From the NCBI GenBank assembly GCA_951406725.2, contig OX597820.1:109492001-109556000 (forward strand): a stretch of DNA of 64,000 nt. Reading direction: 5' to 3'. How positions within the stretch are numbered: position 1 is the first letter of the stretch; every line of letters begins with the position of its first letter. Below the pieces are notes generated by a model. That model was not told the origin of the DNA and did not search any database. It saw nothing but the letters and a program-made list of their open reading frames with translations. A program made the translations under genes and the position numbers. Below, piece after piece: positions 14,163 to 26,841 of this stretch. This DNA comes from Octopus vulgaris. Taxonomy: Eukaryota.

Positions 14163-16400
14163 AAAGACCCTGCGAATGGACAGAGATTTAGAGATATGTT
14201 ATTTGAAGCCTTAGACGAAATGGAAGGGAGTATAGCTACGCATGGGGTAGAAGACAACTGGACGCTTCTGAGGGACAACCTGCTGAAAGCCGCTGACCAG
14301 ATCTGTGGCTGGTGCAAAGTCCCCTTAAGACCCAAAATAACGTGGTGGTGGAACAATATTGTTGACAGGGCTATTAGACAAAAGAAACAGGCTTGGAAGG
14401 CCTGGAAGAACGGTGGTAGCAGGGAAGTGTATCAGTCTGCCAGAAGGGAAGCCAGGAGACAGGTCTATCTAGCCAGAGGGGAGGCAGATAAAGAAAAATT
14501 TGCCAATGTCCTGCGTCGTGAGGATGAAAGACTTGAGGTATTTCGTGTTGCAAGACAGTGTGTGAGAGAGAATCGTGACGTGGTAGGAGAGAAATGTGTT
14601 CGCAAGGATGACGGTTCACTTGCGCTTAATGAGGATGCAAAGAGAGAGGCTTGGAGACGCCACTATGATAGGTTGCTGAATGAAGAAAATGAATGGGATA
14701 AAGAGAGTCTGCCGAATGTCGACCCAACAGAGGGACCAGCAATCCGAGTTAACAGTTCCTTAGTAGATAAGGCAATTAGAAGCATGAAAACAGGGAAAGC
14801 CCCAGGCCCATCAGGAATTACTGCAGAGATGCTCAAAATATCTGGTGGTGTCGGCTATAGCTTAGTCACCCGTATAGTTAACCAGGTGATACACGAGGGG
14901 GTCATACCCAATGACTGGTGTAGCAGCATAATAGTCAACTGCTACAAAGGTAAAGGCGACGCCCTAGAGACAAATAACTACAGGGGCATCAAGCTGCTGG
15001 ATCAGGTAATGAAGGTTATGGAGAGGGTTATAGCCCAACTAATTAGAGAGAGAGTTAGCTTAGATGATATGCAGTTTGGGTTCGTGCCAGGGAAAAGTAC
15101 TACTGATGCTATATTCCTGGTAAGACAGCTGCAGGAGAAATACCTAGCCAAAGATAAGCCCTTGTACCTGGCTTTTGTTGACTTGGAGAAAGCCTTTGAC
15201 AGGATCCCCCGATCCCTTATCTGGTGGTCAATGAGGAAACTAGGGATAGAAGAATGGTTGGTGAGAGCTGTGCAAGCTATGTACAGAGACGCTGCTAGTA
15301 AGGTGAGGGTTGGCAACGAGTACAGTGAAGAATTCCGGGTAGAGGTTGGGGTCCACCAAGGTTCAGTCCTCAGTCCCCTCCTATTTATCATAGTCCTCCA
15401 GGCAATAACGGAGGAATTCAAGACAGGTTGCCCCTGGGAGCTCCTCTATGCTGACGACCTTGCTCTAATTGCTGAGTCACTATCAGAACTGGAGGAGAAG
15501 TTTCAGGTGTGGAAACAAGGATTAGAATCGAAGGGCCTTAGAATCAACCTAGCCAAAACCAAAGTCCTAATAAGTAGGAAGGTAGATCAATCACAAACGC
15601 CTTCAGGTAGATGGCCCTGCTCGATCTGTAAAAAAGGTGTAGGTAGAAACTCTATAAGATGCACCAAGTGTAAGCTATGGACACATAAGAGGTGCAGCAA
15701 TGTCAAAGGAAGGCTAACTAGGAAAATAGTTTTTGTCTGTGGCAAATGCTCAGGAGCAATAAACACTGGAAATGTGCAGAGACCAACTTCTGCCACGTTC
15801 CAGGGAGACAAACTAGAAGTAGTTGATAGCTTCCGCTACCTAGGAGACCAAGTCAGTAGCGGGGGTGGGTGTGCTGAAAGTGTAACTGCTAGAGTAAGAA
15901 TAGCCTGGGCAAAGTTTAGAGAGCTCTTACCCCTGCTGGTGACAAAAGGCCTCTCGCTCAGAGTAAAAGGCAGACTGTATGATGCATGTGTACGTACAGC
16001 CATGCTACATGGTAGTGAAACATGGGCCGTGACTGCTGAGGATATGCGTAAGCTCGCAAGAAATGAAGCCAGTATGCTCCGATGGATGTGTAATGTCAGT
16101 GTTCATAATCGTCAGAGTGTAAGTTCCTTGAGAGAAAAGTTGAACCTAAGAAGCGTCAGTTGTGGTGTGCAAGAGAGACGGCTGCGCTGGTATGGTCATG
16201 TGACGAGAAAGGCTGAAGATAGTTGTGTGCAAAAGTGCTACACCCTAGCAGTTGAGGGAACCTGTGGAAGAGGTAGACCCAGGAAAACCTGGGACGAGGT
16301 GGTGAAGCACGACCTTCGAACTTTAGGTCTCACTAAGGAAATGTCTAGAGACCGAGACCTATGGAAGTATGCTGTGCGTGAGAAGACCCGGCAAGACTAG
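14163..16400 (+). CDS. 5'-truncated RTE family 1 ORF: uninterrupted linker, RT and C-terminus
   Basis: Stop-free frame from KDPANGQRF to EKTRQD* with QGSVLSP and YADD. The upstream part of the listed 1188-aa ORF is microsatellite plus an inverted tail and is not real. Confidence 0.85.
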   Translation, partial: KDPANGQRFRDMLFEALDEMEGSIATHGVEDNWTLLRDNLLKAADQICGWCKVPLRPKITWWWNNIVDRAIRQKKQAWKAWKNGGSREVYQSARREARRQVYLARGEADKEKFANVLRREDERLEVFRVARQCVRENRDVVGEKCVRKDDGSLALNEDAKREAWRRHYDRLLNEENEWDKESLPNVDPTEGPAIRVNSSLVDKAIRSMKTGKAPGPSGITAEMLKISGGVGYSLVTRIVNQVIHEGVIPNDWCSSIIVNCYKGKGDALETNNYRGIKLLDQVMKVMERVIAQLIRERVSLDDMQFGFVPGKSTTDAIFLVRQLQEKYLAKDKPLYLAFVDLEKAFDRIPRSLIWWSMRKLGIEEWLVRAVQAMYRDAASKVRVGNEYSEEFRVEVGVHQGSVLSPLLFIIVLQAITEEFKTGCPWELLYADDLALIAESLSELEEKFQVWKQGLESKGLRINLAKTKVLISRKVDQSQTPSGRWPCSICKKGVGRNSIRCTKCKLWTHKRCSNVKGRLTRKIVFVCGKCSGAINTGNVQRPTSATFQGDKLEVVDSFRYLGDQVSSGGGCAESVTARVRIAWAKFRELLPLLVTKGLSLRVKGRLYDACVRTAMLHGSETWAVTAEDMRKLARNEASMLRWMCNVSVHNRQSVSSLREKLNLRSVSCGVQERRLRWYGHVTRKAEDSCVQKCYTLAVEGTCGRGRPRKTWDEVVKHDLRTLGLTKEMSRDRDLWKYAVREKTRQD

Positions 16401-18820
16401 TCAGGCCATAACCCGTGGCCCCTACCTGGGACGTAGTCAGTCCTCCTGTGCATACCTTCCTTCTTGTGACACTTATGAAGACCTGTTGAGGCAAGTGAAA
16501 ATCAAAAATCAAATCAAACCAAATCAAAATAGATGAACATCAATGGAATTTGTATCTTTGTGGTTCCAGTACCGGTGGCACACAAGAAAACCATCCGAAC
16601 GTGGCCGTAGCCAGTACCGCATCGACTGGCCTCCGTGCTGTGGGCACAACAAACACCATCTGATCGTGGCCGTTCGCCAGCCTCATCTGGCACCTGTGTC
16701 GGTGGCACATAAAAACACCATCCGAAGACCCGGCGACGTAGTCAGTCCACCTGTGCATACCTTCCCTCTTATGACACTTGTGAAGACCTGTTGAGGCAAG
16801 TGTGTGACACTTGTGAAGACCTGTTGAGGCAGAGGCAAGTGTGTGACACTTTGTGAAGACCTGTTGAGGCAGAGGCAAGTGTGTGACACTTGTGGAGACG
16901 TGTTGAGGCAAGTGTGTGACACGTGTGACACTTGTGAAGACCTGTTGAGGCAAGTGAAAATCAAACCAAACTTGTGAAGACCTGTTGAGGCAAGTGAAAA
17001 TCAAACCAAATCAAAATAGATGAACATCAATGGAATTTGTATCTTTGTGGTTCCAGTACCGGTGGCACACAAGAAAACCATCCGAACGTGGCCATAGCCA
17101 GTACCGCATCGACTGGCCTCCGTGCTGTGGGCACAACAAACACCATCTGATCGTGGCCGTTCGCCAGCCTCATCTGGCACCTGTGTCGGTGGCACATAAA
17201 AACACCATCCGAAGACCCGGCGACGTAGTCAGTCCACCTGTGCATACCTTCCCTCTTATGACACTTGTGAAGACCTGTTGAGGCAAGTGTGTGACACTTG
17301 TGAAGACCTGTTGAGGCAGAGGCAAGTGTGTGACACTTTGTGAAGACCTGTTGAGGCAGAGGCAAGTGTGTGACACTTGTGGAGACGTGTTGAGGCAAGT
17401 GTGTGACACGTGTGACACTTGTGAAGACCTGTTGAGGCAAGTGAAAATCAAACCAAACTTGTGAAGACCTGTTGAGGCAAGTGAAAATCAAACCAAATCA
17501 AAATAGATGAACATCAATGGAATTTGTATCTTTGTGGTTCCAGTACCGGTGGCACACAAGAAAACCATCCGATCGTGGCCGTTCGCCAGCCTCATCTGGC
17601 ACCTGTGTCGGTGGCACATAAAAACACCATCCGAAGACCCGGCGACGTAGTCAGTCCATCTGTGCATACCTTCCTACTTATGACACTTGTGAAGACCTGT
17701 TGAGGCAAGTGAAAATCAAAATCAAATCAAATCAAATCAAACCAAATCAAAATAGATGAACATCAATGGAATTTGTATCTTTGTGGTACCATTACCGGTG
17801 GCACACAAGAAAACCATCCGAACGTGGCCGTAGCCAGTACCGCATCGACTGGCCTCTGTGATGTGGGCACATAACAAACACCATCCGATCGTGGCCGTCC
17901 GCCAGCCTCATCTGGCACCTGTGTCGGTGGCACATAAAAACACCAACCGAAGACCCGGCAAGACTAGTCAGGCCATAACCCATGGCCCCTACTTGGGACG
18001 TAGTCAGTCCACCTGTGCATACCTTCCTTCCTTCTTGTGACACTTGTGAAGACCTGTGAAGACCTGTTGAGGCAAGTGCTGTTGAGGCAAGTGAAAATCA
18101 AATCAAATCAAATCAAAATAGATGAACATCAATGGAATTTGTATCTTGTGGTACCAGTGCCGGTGGCACACAAGAAAACCATCCGAACGTGGCCGTAGCC
18201 AGTACCGCATCGACTGGCCTCCGTGCTGTGGGCACGCAACAAACACCATCCGATCGTGGCCGTTCGCCAGCCTCATCTGGCACCTGTGTCGGTGGCACAT
18301 AAAAACACCATCCGAAGACCCGGCAAGACTAGTCAGGCCATAACCCGTGGCCCCTACCTGGGACGTAGTCAGTCCACCTGTGCATACCTTCCTTCTTGTG
18401 ACACTTGTGAAGACCTGTTGAGGCAAGTGAAAATCAAATCAAATCAAAACAAGTCAAAATAGATGAACATCAATGGAATTTGTATCTTTGTGGTACCAGT
18501 GCCTGTGGCACACAAGAAAATCATCCGAACGTGGCCGTAGCCAGTACCGCATAGACTGGCCTCCGTGCTTTGGGGACGTAACAAACACCATCCGATCGTG
18601 GCCGTCCGCCAGCCTCATCTGGCACCTGTGTCGGTGGCACATAAAAACACCATCCGAGCGTGGCCGTCTGCCAGCCTCGTCTGGCACCTGTGTCGGTGGC
18701 ACATAAAAACACCATCCGAGCGTGGCCGTTCGCCAGCCTCGTCTGGCACCTGTGTCGGTGGCACATAAAATCACCCACTACACTCTCGGAGTGGTTGGCG
18801 TTAGGAAGGGCATCCAGCTG
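16380..18820 (+). repeat. Tandem array of RTE 3' UTR units (two ~487-bp near-identical units, then ~250-360-bp variants)
   Basis: aaatcaaaatagatgaacatcaatgg recurs at ~16520, 17007, 17494, 17745, 18110 and 18455. Confidence 0.92.
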
Positions 18821-18908
<88 letters not shown>

Positions 18909-19030
18909 ATATATGTGTATATATATATATATTATATGTATATATATATATATATGTGTATATATATATATATGTGTATATATATATATATTATATGTAT
19001 ATATATATATATGTGTATATATATATACAT
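18821..19030. repeat. (AT)n microsatellite
   Basis: Seen directly. Confidence 0.95.
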
Positions 19031-19149
19031 ACAGCTGGATATATATAATTATTAATTAATGATGGACACGGAAGATGAAATATTTGAGAATATTGACCAC
19101 TACAATCGTTTCTTTCCATCTAGCATCAGTCCCTCATGGGTGGGATACT

Positions 19150-19600
19150 GTACAACTGGTTGAGGTGCATCTTCTGAAGTGCTTCTCTCTTTAGTCTCCA
19201 TTCGATGTGCTGCAGCATGCGTTGCTGATCTTGGGAAAGTCTCATCTCCCTTCTGTATTGAGACTTCATCTGACGTGCTGCAGCATGCCTTTGCTGACGT
19301 TGAGAAAGTCTCATTTCCCTTTTGTCATGAGACTCCATCTGAGATGCTGCAGCATTTATTTCCTGATCTTGGAAAAGTTTCATCTCCCTTCTCTCTTGAG
19401 ACTACATCTGATGTGCTGCAGCATGCATTTGCTGATCTTGAGAAAGTCTCATTTCTCTTCTCTCTTGAGACTCCATTTGACATGCTGTGAAAGATTCATC
19501 TCCTTTCTCTCTTTGAGATTCTCGCCTTTGGTTTTCTACAATCCTCCTTGCTTTATAGTTGCTTTTGGAGAGATTATGTCTTTTCTTTGGTGGCATCTTT
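19150..19600 (-). pseudogene. Helitron Rep/helicase-like N-terminal fragment with ~66-bp ESQERREMRL repeats
   Basis: MPPKKRHNLSKS..ARR start followed by ExxExRExRL repeats typical of RepHel N-termini; disrupted. Confidence 0.55.
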
Positions 19601-19754
19601 CAATATTGTTAACAAAAAATCATGGACATAGAAAAAATTATACATTAATTTCTATTTTTGTAAGCTGTTGTATGTATGTAGTATGTCTTTATTTTTGTAT
19701 GCAGTAAAAATTAACCAAATAGAAGCACATGTATGAACTGCTAATTTGTAATTC

Positions 19755-20910
19755 AGATGCACAGGAGCAATAAATACTGAAAATGTGCAGAGAACAACTT
19801 CCGTCACATTCCAGGGAGAAAAAGTAGAAGTAATTGACAGCTTCAGTTACCTAGGTGACCAAGTCAGTAGCGGGGGAGGGTGTGCTGAAAGTGTAACTGC
19901 TAGAATAAGAATAGCCTGGGCAAAGTTCAGAGAGCTCTTACTTCTGCTGGTGACAAAGGGCCTCTTGCTCAGAGTAAAAGGTAGACTGTACGATGCATGT
20001 GTATGAACAGCCATGCTACATGGCAGTGAAACATGGGCCGTGACTGCTGAGGACATGCGTAAGCTCGCAAGGAATGAAGCCAGTATGATCCAATGGATGT
20101 GTAATGTCAGTGTGCATACTTGACAGAGTGTAAGTACCTTGAGAGAAATGTTGGACCTAAGAAGCATCAGATGTGGTGTGCAAGAGAGATGACTGCGCTG
20201 GTATGGGCATGTGGCGAGAATGGATGAGGATAGCTGTGTGAAAAAGTGCCACACCCTAGTGGTTGAGGGAACCTGTGGAAGAGGTGGACCCAGGAAGACC
20301 TGGGATGAAGTGGTGGAGCACGACCATCAAACATTAGGCTTTACCGAGGCAATGACCAGTGACCGAAACTTTTGGAAATATATTGTGCTTGAGAAGACCC
20401 GGCAAGCCAAGTGAGACCATAACCTTGTGGCCTATGCCAGGGGAGTAACCAGCCCACTTATACATACCTCTCCTTCATTGGACACTGCTTGCAAAGACTT
20501 GTTGAGGCAAGTGAAATCAAAATCAAATTTGATGACTGACATCCATGCTAGTGGAGCACTAAGAGTACCATCCAAGCATGATTGTTGCCAGAGTGGCTAA
20601 CTGGCGTTCGTGCCGGTGGCACGTAAAAAGCACCATTCGAGCATGATCGTTGCCAGCATCGCCTTACTGGCACTTGTGCAGATGACATGTATAAAAACAT
20701 GATTTTTTCGTGGCTGTTGCCAGTACAGCCTGACTGGCCCTCATGCTGGTTGCACGTAAAAGCACCCACTACATTCTTGGAGTGGTTAGCGTTAGGAAGG
20801 GCATCCAGCTGTAGATTGGAGCCTGGTGCAGCCATCTGGTTCACCAGTCCTCAGTCAAATCATCCAACCCATGCTAGCATGGAAAGCAGACGTTAAACGA
20901 TGATGATGAA
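19755..20910 (+). mobile_element. 5'-truncated RTE family 1 copy with 3' UTR and (tga)n tail
   Basis: Homologous to 15745-16400 plus the UTR; in-frame stops. Confidence 0.88.
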
Positions 20911-21329
20911 ATACCTTGCAAACTTGCAACTGCTGCGATAATTATTAACTGGTAATTGAATGGTAAATGTGTATTTTCATATACCTTGGACCTGCCACCT
21001 TATTGTTTTTTGTCAAGAGTTTCATCTCCAGCCATTCATTATGTCATTCAACACACACTAACATATCATTCCACTGTTGTGGCCATACAGACAGAAAGTT
21101 GCTGATGCATTATGTTGTTCACATTAGGATATAAATTATTCATTTATTTCAAATGCAACAGAAATAAGATGATCTTAGTGTTATCACATTAGAATGAAAA
21201 GTGAAAGAATAAAAGTGAAGCAATATTATTGTCTTATCAAAAGTGAAACAGTATTATATCACATTACAATATAGATCTTATTCTTTCACTTTTGACATGT
21301 AATACCGAACCAGTGCCTATGTTATATTT

Positions 21330-21435
21330 TTTAATCCAAATGAAAAAAATATGTGTGTGTAAAGTTTGGTGAAAATCAGTTGAAAACTGTAGAACTGCAT
21401 ACTTACTACACACACACACATCCTTTGTTTTATAT
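21330..21435 (-). mobile_element. Helitron-type 5' end fragment
   Basis: tataaaac..gtgtgtgt..tcaactgattttcaccaaacttt resembles the 5' blocks at 9846 (-) and 49305 (+). Confidence 0.45.
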
Positions 21436-21530
21436 ATATATATATATATATACGTGCTGTGGGCATGTAACAAACACCATCCGATCGTAGCCGTTCGCCA
21501 GCCTCGTCTGGCACCTGTGTCGGTGGCACA

Positions 21531-21902
21531 TAAGATGTATTTACTAAGGGTACCGATGTCTGAACTGGAAGGGCATATGAGCCGCAATGCTGGGTTAGTA
21601 TGAAAGTTCTGTTTGTGGTCCTTTAAGATGAATCTGGGTTGTCTGGGGTTGAATAGTTCCGTCTTCATCTGTAATCTGTAAGTCTCCATAATCTTCTTAG
21701 TTTCTAAGTTGGCCTGCCTGAGAGTATTCCTATTGGTGGTCCTGTAATTCTTATGTATCTCCCTTTTGAGCAGTTCTAAATAATGGCTCTTGGTAAGCTT
21801 ATATATGTTGCCGGTTTTATCCGATTGGACCAAGCTGCTACACAAAGATTCTTCACCCGGGAGTTCCAACACTAATCTTGCCAATTCCAACCTATCATAC
21901 AA
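21531..21902 (-). pseudogene. Penelope-like (Naiad-type) RT N-terminal fragment, inverted
   Basis: SDKTGNIY...LKDHKQNF...RLICPSSSDIGTLSKYIL matches PLE RT N-terminal motifs (DK and KxHK...RLI.P). Confidence 0.8.
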
Positions 21903-22572
21903 TCAGAATAATAGGAATAGTATTAATAGTAGCAACATTGATAGCAGCGAAAGTGCTAACAATGATAATATTAATAATAGTATTAGTTGTGTTAATAACA
22001 ATGGTAGTGTTGATGGTAACAACAATAACGGTATTATTGTCGGTGGTATTACTGGCTGTAGTACAATTAATAATACTAATAATAATAGAAATAGTGTAGT
22101 TGTTAGCGCTAATAATAATAGAAACAACAATCATAACAATAAAACCTTCGTCTCGATCTCGGAGGACAACCCTAACAGAATTAAATTTTTGTCTAGTAAT
22201 TCTAAGATTAATAATTCCATTTACCAGTGTAGAATTTCTTCCGGTACCGACGTTTTCTTTTATATAGGAGTGTCCACTTCTCAGTTATCCAAGAGAATTT
22301 CTAACCACTATTCAACATTCAGGGATAGGAAAAAACGGCATAGTACAGGGCTAAGTAAATTAGTTTGGTGTCTTAAAGACAATAATATAATTTTCAAGTT
22401 AGATTGGTTCATATTGTCTGTATCCTTTCCTTTTGATAAGGGCAGGAGATTTTGTAACATTTGTAACTCTGAACTCTTCCATATTCTTTTCACTAAGGTT
22501 CCCCTAGTTTACATAGAAAAATCGTACAAATGTAAACACTGGCAGAAACACACTTTCTACTCATATAAATGA
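21903..22572 (+). pseudogene. Penelope-like GIY-YIG endonuclease with Asn-rich linker and C-terminal CxxC...CxH
   Basis: SIYQC...FYIGVS...KRISNH...STGLSKLVW..LK...W.IL...CNICNSE...CKH. Confidence 0.85.
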
Positions 22573-23308
22573 TAACGGTTGTCACTGTGGTTTGAACAAT
22601 TAGGGTCACGTCCATCCCACTGCTATAGAGAAATTCATTCCTAAGCCTTCGAACATTCTTTCAATCAAGGTACACTTCCCTCTCCACTTGTTCCCTACCT
22701 ATTACTCCTTTATACCTTCCCTTACTACTATCTATCTTTGACGTCTGTCTCTCTCTCACACAGACACAAATGCAATTATACACACACACATACACACACA
22801 CTCATTAACACAAGCACACACCCATGCATTTCAATACATACAGCAAACATACTGTCCCCTACCCATTATTGCTTTATACCTTTCCTTCCTCCTACTATCC
22901 ATTTTTGACATCAATTCTCCTAACAGATTTTTTAAAAGATACACTCATTATCGCTCTGTTTACTATGTAGGCAATCATCGAAATTTTTGTTTGTCTTGTT
23001 GTCGAGAGAGGCTCCCTTTCTTTCCTGATGAGAAGATTGCATAATGCACCCTTTATTCCTTCGGAATGAAAATATGCTGTCTTTGAAACATGTGTTGAGA
23101 GTAAAGGAATTTTGTTAACATCTTCGTTCGACTCCATTCTTTCATTTATTCATATACAACGCGCCACACAAATTTCTGCACATGAACCCGGAGTTTCTAC
23201 CCTTGACAGGTCGCTTCAACCGTGTTTTCTGACGTGAATTTGCTACCCAGGTTTCGGTTAAACGAATTTTCCATGCTGACGATAAACATAGGATAATTCA
23301 TTCACCTA

Positions 23309-23310
<2 letters not shown>
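22573..23310 (+). mobile_element. Penelope-like 3' region / pLTR with a degenerate hammerhead at ~23020-23109
   Basis: CTGATGA (23025), long stem II, GAAAC (23085), GTA (23101); ends at (TA)n. Confidence 0.6.
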
Positions 23311-23359
<49 letters not shown>

Positions 23360-24367
23360 GTACAAAGTAAGATAGGAGTTATGGGTGTAACCCACTATGG
23401 GATATCATTTATCCAATATATTGTTGGTAAAGTACCCAAATTCTTAATGCATAAATGTTTTTAATCGCAATGCAATTAAGTCATTTATTGTATTAAATGG
23501 GTAAAGGTAAAGAAATATTTTTACCGTAAATTTATAATACAAATAAGAAAATGGAGAAACAAATTTGATTTGTTCATCAACTTACAGATAATATTGGATT
23601 ATTTATTCATTTTACAAATGAGAACATCAAAAGCATACAAAAATATTATATAAATCAATAGATAAGATAATATTACAAATACAGATTTTAAAAGTCATAG
23701 TATAAATTAATGAAATCCTAAAAATTACTTCTTACAGCTGTTTCAGCCTATGGTCAAAAGTAAATTTAATTTTCATTGCTTATAGATGTCAACATACTAA
23801 GGTTGTAGGCATAAAATTGGGTATACTTTCTCCAGATATAAATAGTACTTATTATAAAATACCCTTTGAAATAAATGCAACTAGTTATAATGAGCACTTT
23901 TACTTTATTATATTTAGGAGTAAAGAAATTGTAATGGGTTATGGGCATATCGTTATTTGTATATGTATGTATATGTGTGTAATATATGTATATGTATGTG
24001 AATATGTTTATATATATATATACAAGTGTTTATTTGTGTGTACATATTTTATATTCTTTATGTACTATACAGTACTATACATATGTGCATATACATAAAT
24101 TGAAACAATCTTACATCCAGATTTTCCAACCCGTACCAGCACGAGGAATGAAACATTGGACAAGGATGATGATGATAATAAATCCAGACAATATTTTGAA
24201 AAATAACTTTTATTAACCAACTTGTCATCTTCTGTTGAAAGAACAATTTTTTCTTCTTCCTTTTAGTTTAATGTTTGGGAAGTGAGAAAGTCTTTTACAT
24301 TTTGAGCCTACGTTCTTCAACAGAAAGGAACACAGAAATAAACAGGGAGAGAAAATAAAAATATATA

Positions 24368-25500
24368 TACGAAGGGTGTCTGAAAAGTCTTAAGCCTCAA
24401 AAAAACAAAACATAGTACAAGACTTCTGATGATTTATTTTTCAACATAATCCCCTTTGATGGCTGAACACTTTCTCCAGCGGTGCTGAAGTGCCATTATC
24501 CTGGCATAGAGGAACTCTTTTGTTTGAGACTCTAAGAAACTTCCTACAGTGTCTATGATGTCATTGTCAGTGGCAAAATGGCAACCATCCAGGGCTTTTT
24601 TCATTTTTGGGAATAGATGAAAGTCAGAGGGGGCTAAGTCTGGCGAATAAGGCAGATAGGGAACAAGTTTGTATCCAGAATCATGAATTGTTGCCATGGC
24701 AACCACTGAGGTGTCGGCTGGAGCATTGTCGTGATAAAAAAGGACTCCTCTGGTGAGCATTCCTGGCCTTTTTTCTTTGATTGCTTCCTGGAGGCATTAC
24801 AGTAGCTGAGAATAATACAGCCCTGTCATGGTGTGACCCTTTTCAAGGTAATCGATCAGCAAGATACCTTGAGAATCCAAAAAAACTGACACCATGACCT
24901 TGCCAGCTGAAGGAATGACCTTCTTTGGGGTAGGAGAAGATGTATCCTTCCACTGCTTTGATTGTTCTTTGCTTTCAGGCTGGTAGTGATGAACCCAACT
25001 TCCGTCCATAGTAATAAAACGAGCAAGAAAATTCTCTTCATCAGCTTCAAACAGTTCCAGTTTGCTCATGGACAAAGTGCACCTAATGCGTTTCTGGTCT
25101 GGAGTTAAAAGGCGAAGGACCCACCCTGCAGAAGCCTTTGAGAATCCAAGTTCTTTTGTCACAATGCTGTTAGCTCTTTCATTTGAGATGTCCAGTCTCT
25201 CAGCTATCTGGCGACATGATATTTGATGATCTTACATTATCATACCAAGAGCAAGGTCGATGTTGTCCTCAGTGGTTGCAGTTGGAGGCCTCCCTGGTGT
25301 GGGATTATCTTCCACACTCTCCCTGCCATGCTGGAATTCATTTACCCAGCGTTTGACTGTTGCATATGAAGGAGCATTGTCTGTTACGGTTCTCACCTTA
25401 TCTTCATGGATGTCTGATGGAGTCATGCCTTTCAAATGAAAGTACTTTATGACAGTATGATACTCAGTTTTCTTCATTTTCCTTGTAACATTGATACTTG
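24368..25500 (-). mobile_element. Mariner transposon with a degraded transposase
   Basis: Fragments with the HTH region, WVLRLL (WVPRLL), ITMDGSWV, HDNA and PYSPDLAPSDFHLF; TIR-like tacgaagggtgtctgaaaag at 24368; other end uncertain. Confidence 0.88.
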
Positions 25501-25623
25501 TTTATTCAAAAATCTGTAACAAAAAAAAAATTAAAATATCAGAATCATGAAAATGAGCAAGAATACTCTGAAAAGACTGTACTTACCAGAAAAAATTGTT
25601 TCAGCTACCTAGCAGCCCCGTTA

Positions 25624-25674
<51 letters not shown>

Positions 25675-25677
<3 letters not shown>

Positions 25678-25775
25678 TCATCATCATCATCATCATTTAA
25701 CGTCTGCTTTCCATGCTAGCATGGGTTGGACAGTTCAACTGGGGTCTGGGAGCCCGAAGGCTGCACCAGGCCAGT
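25675..25775 (-). mobile_element. RTE family 1 tail cut by the assembly gap
   Basis: Same sequence as 14045-14149. Confidence 0.75.
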
Positions 25776-25875
25776 NNNNNNNNNNNNNNNNNNNNNNNNN
25801 NNNNNNNNNNNNNNNNNNNNNNNNNNNNNNNNNNNNNNNNNNNNNNNNNNNNNNNNNNNNNNNNNNNNNNNNNNN
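25776..25875. other. Assembly gap (100 N)
   Basis: Run of n. Confidence 1.
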
Positions 25876-26794
25876 TGAAAATGCAATTTAAAACGATGTT
25901 TATTTACTTAACCGGTTTCACTCTTTGGTAAAAGATTGTCGAAAGTTACATTTAAGGAAACATTGAATAATATGGGTTCAAAAAAGTTTTTTACATAATT
26001 GTCACATTGAATATTATGCATTCAAAAAAGTTTTTTACATAATTGTCACATTGGATATTATGGGTTCAAAAAAGTTTTTTACATAATTGTCACATTGAAT
26101 ATTATGCATTCAAAAAAAAGTTTTTTACATAATTGTCACATTGGATATTATGAATTCAAAAATGTTTTTTTATACATAATTGTCACATTACATGTATAAA
26201 TATAGTGTTTGGTGACAGAGAAGTTCAATAGTGTGATGAGACTATTTGGGAAAATTTGGCAGAAAAGGATAAAACAAATATATTATTGGGAATTGGTTGC
26301 GTTAATTATTGGTTGTCGCAAATTGTCACATTACATGTATATATATACAATCTTTGGTATATATATACAGCGTTTTGACAGCAAAAATTAAAATGGATTT
26401 TTTGTACATCTCAGAATATTTTAAGTATGTTTTTACTGACCTGTCAGTATTAGCAGAAAGGCTGAACTGAGAGAACAGAAGAAGTAGCCAATGTGGTGTA
26501 TACTTCCCCTTTATGCATGAATGATTTTGGGGTTATCAGGAGGTTAGTATGCGGGTGTGAATAGATGTGTCGGTGCCTGCTGGTCAGACAGCGTCTGTTT
26601 GTCACACACAAACACACACACACACAACAACACACACACACACACACACATAGTATACAAACACACACCACATACAAACAACACACACACACACAGAACA
26701 CACACACCCACACACAACGCACCCACATATATCACATATACACACAGCACACAAATATAACATGTATCTATATATAACATACACAGATATATAA

Positions 26795-26841
<47 letters not shown>

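Noticed and set aside
16380-18820. CRISPR-like appearance of short repeats with spacers
   Set aside because: The spacers are themselves repeated, there are no cas genes, and the context is a eukaryotic LINE 3' UTR.
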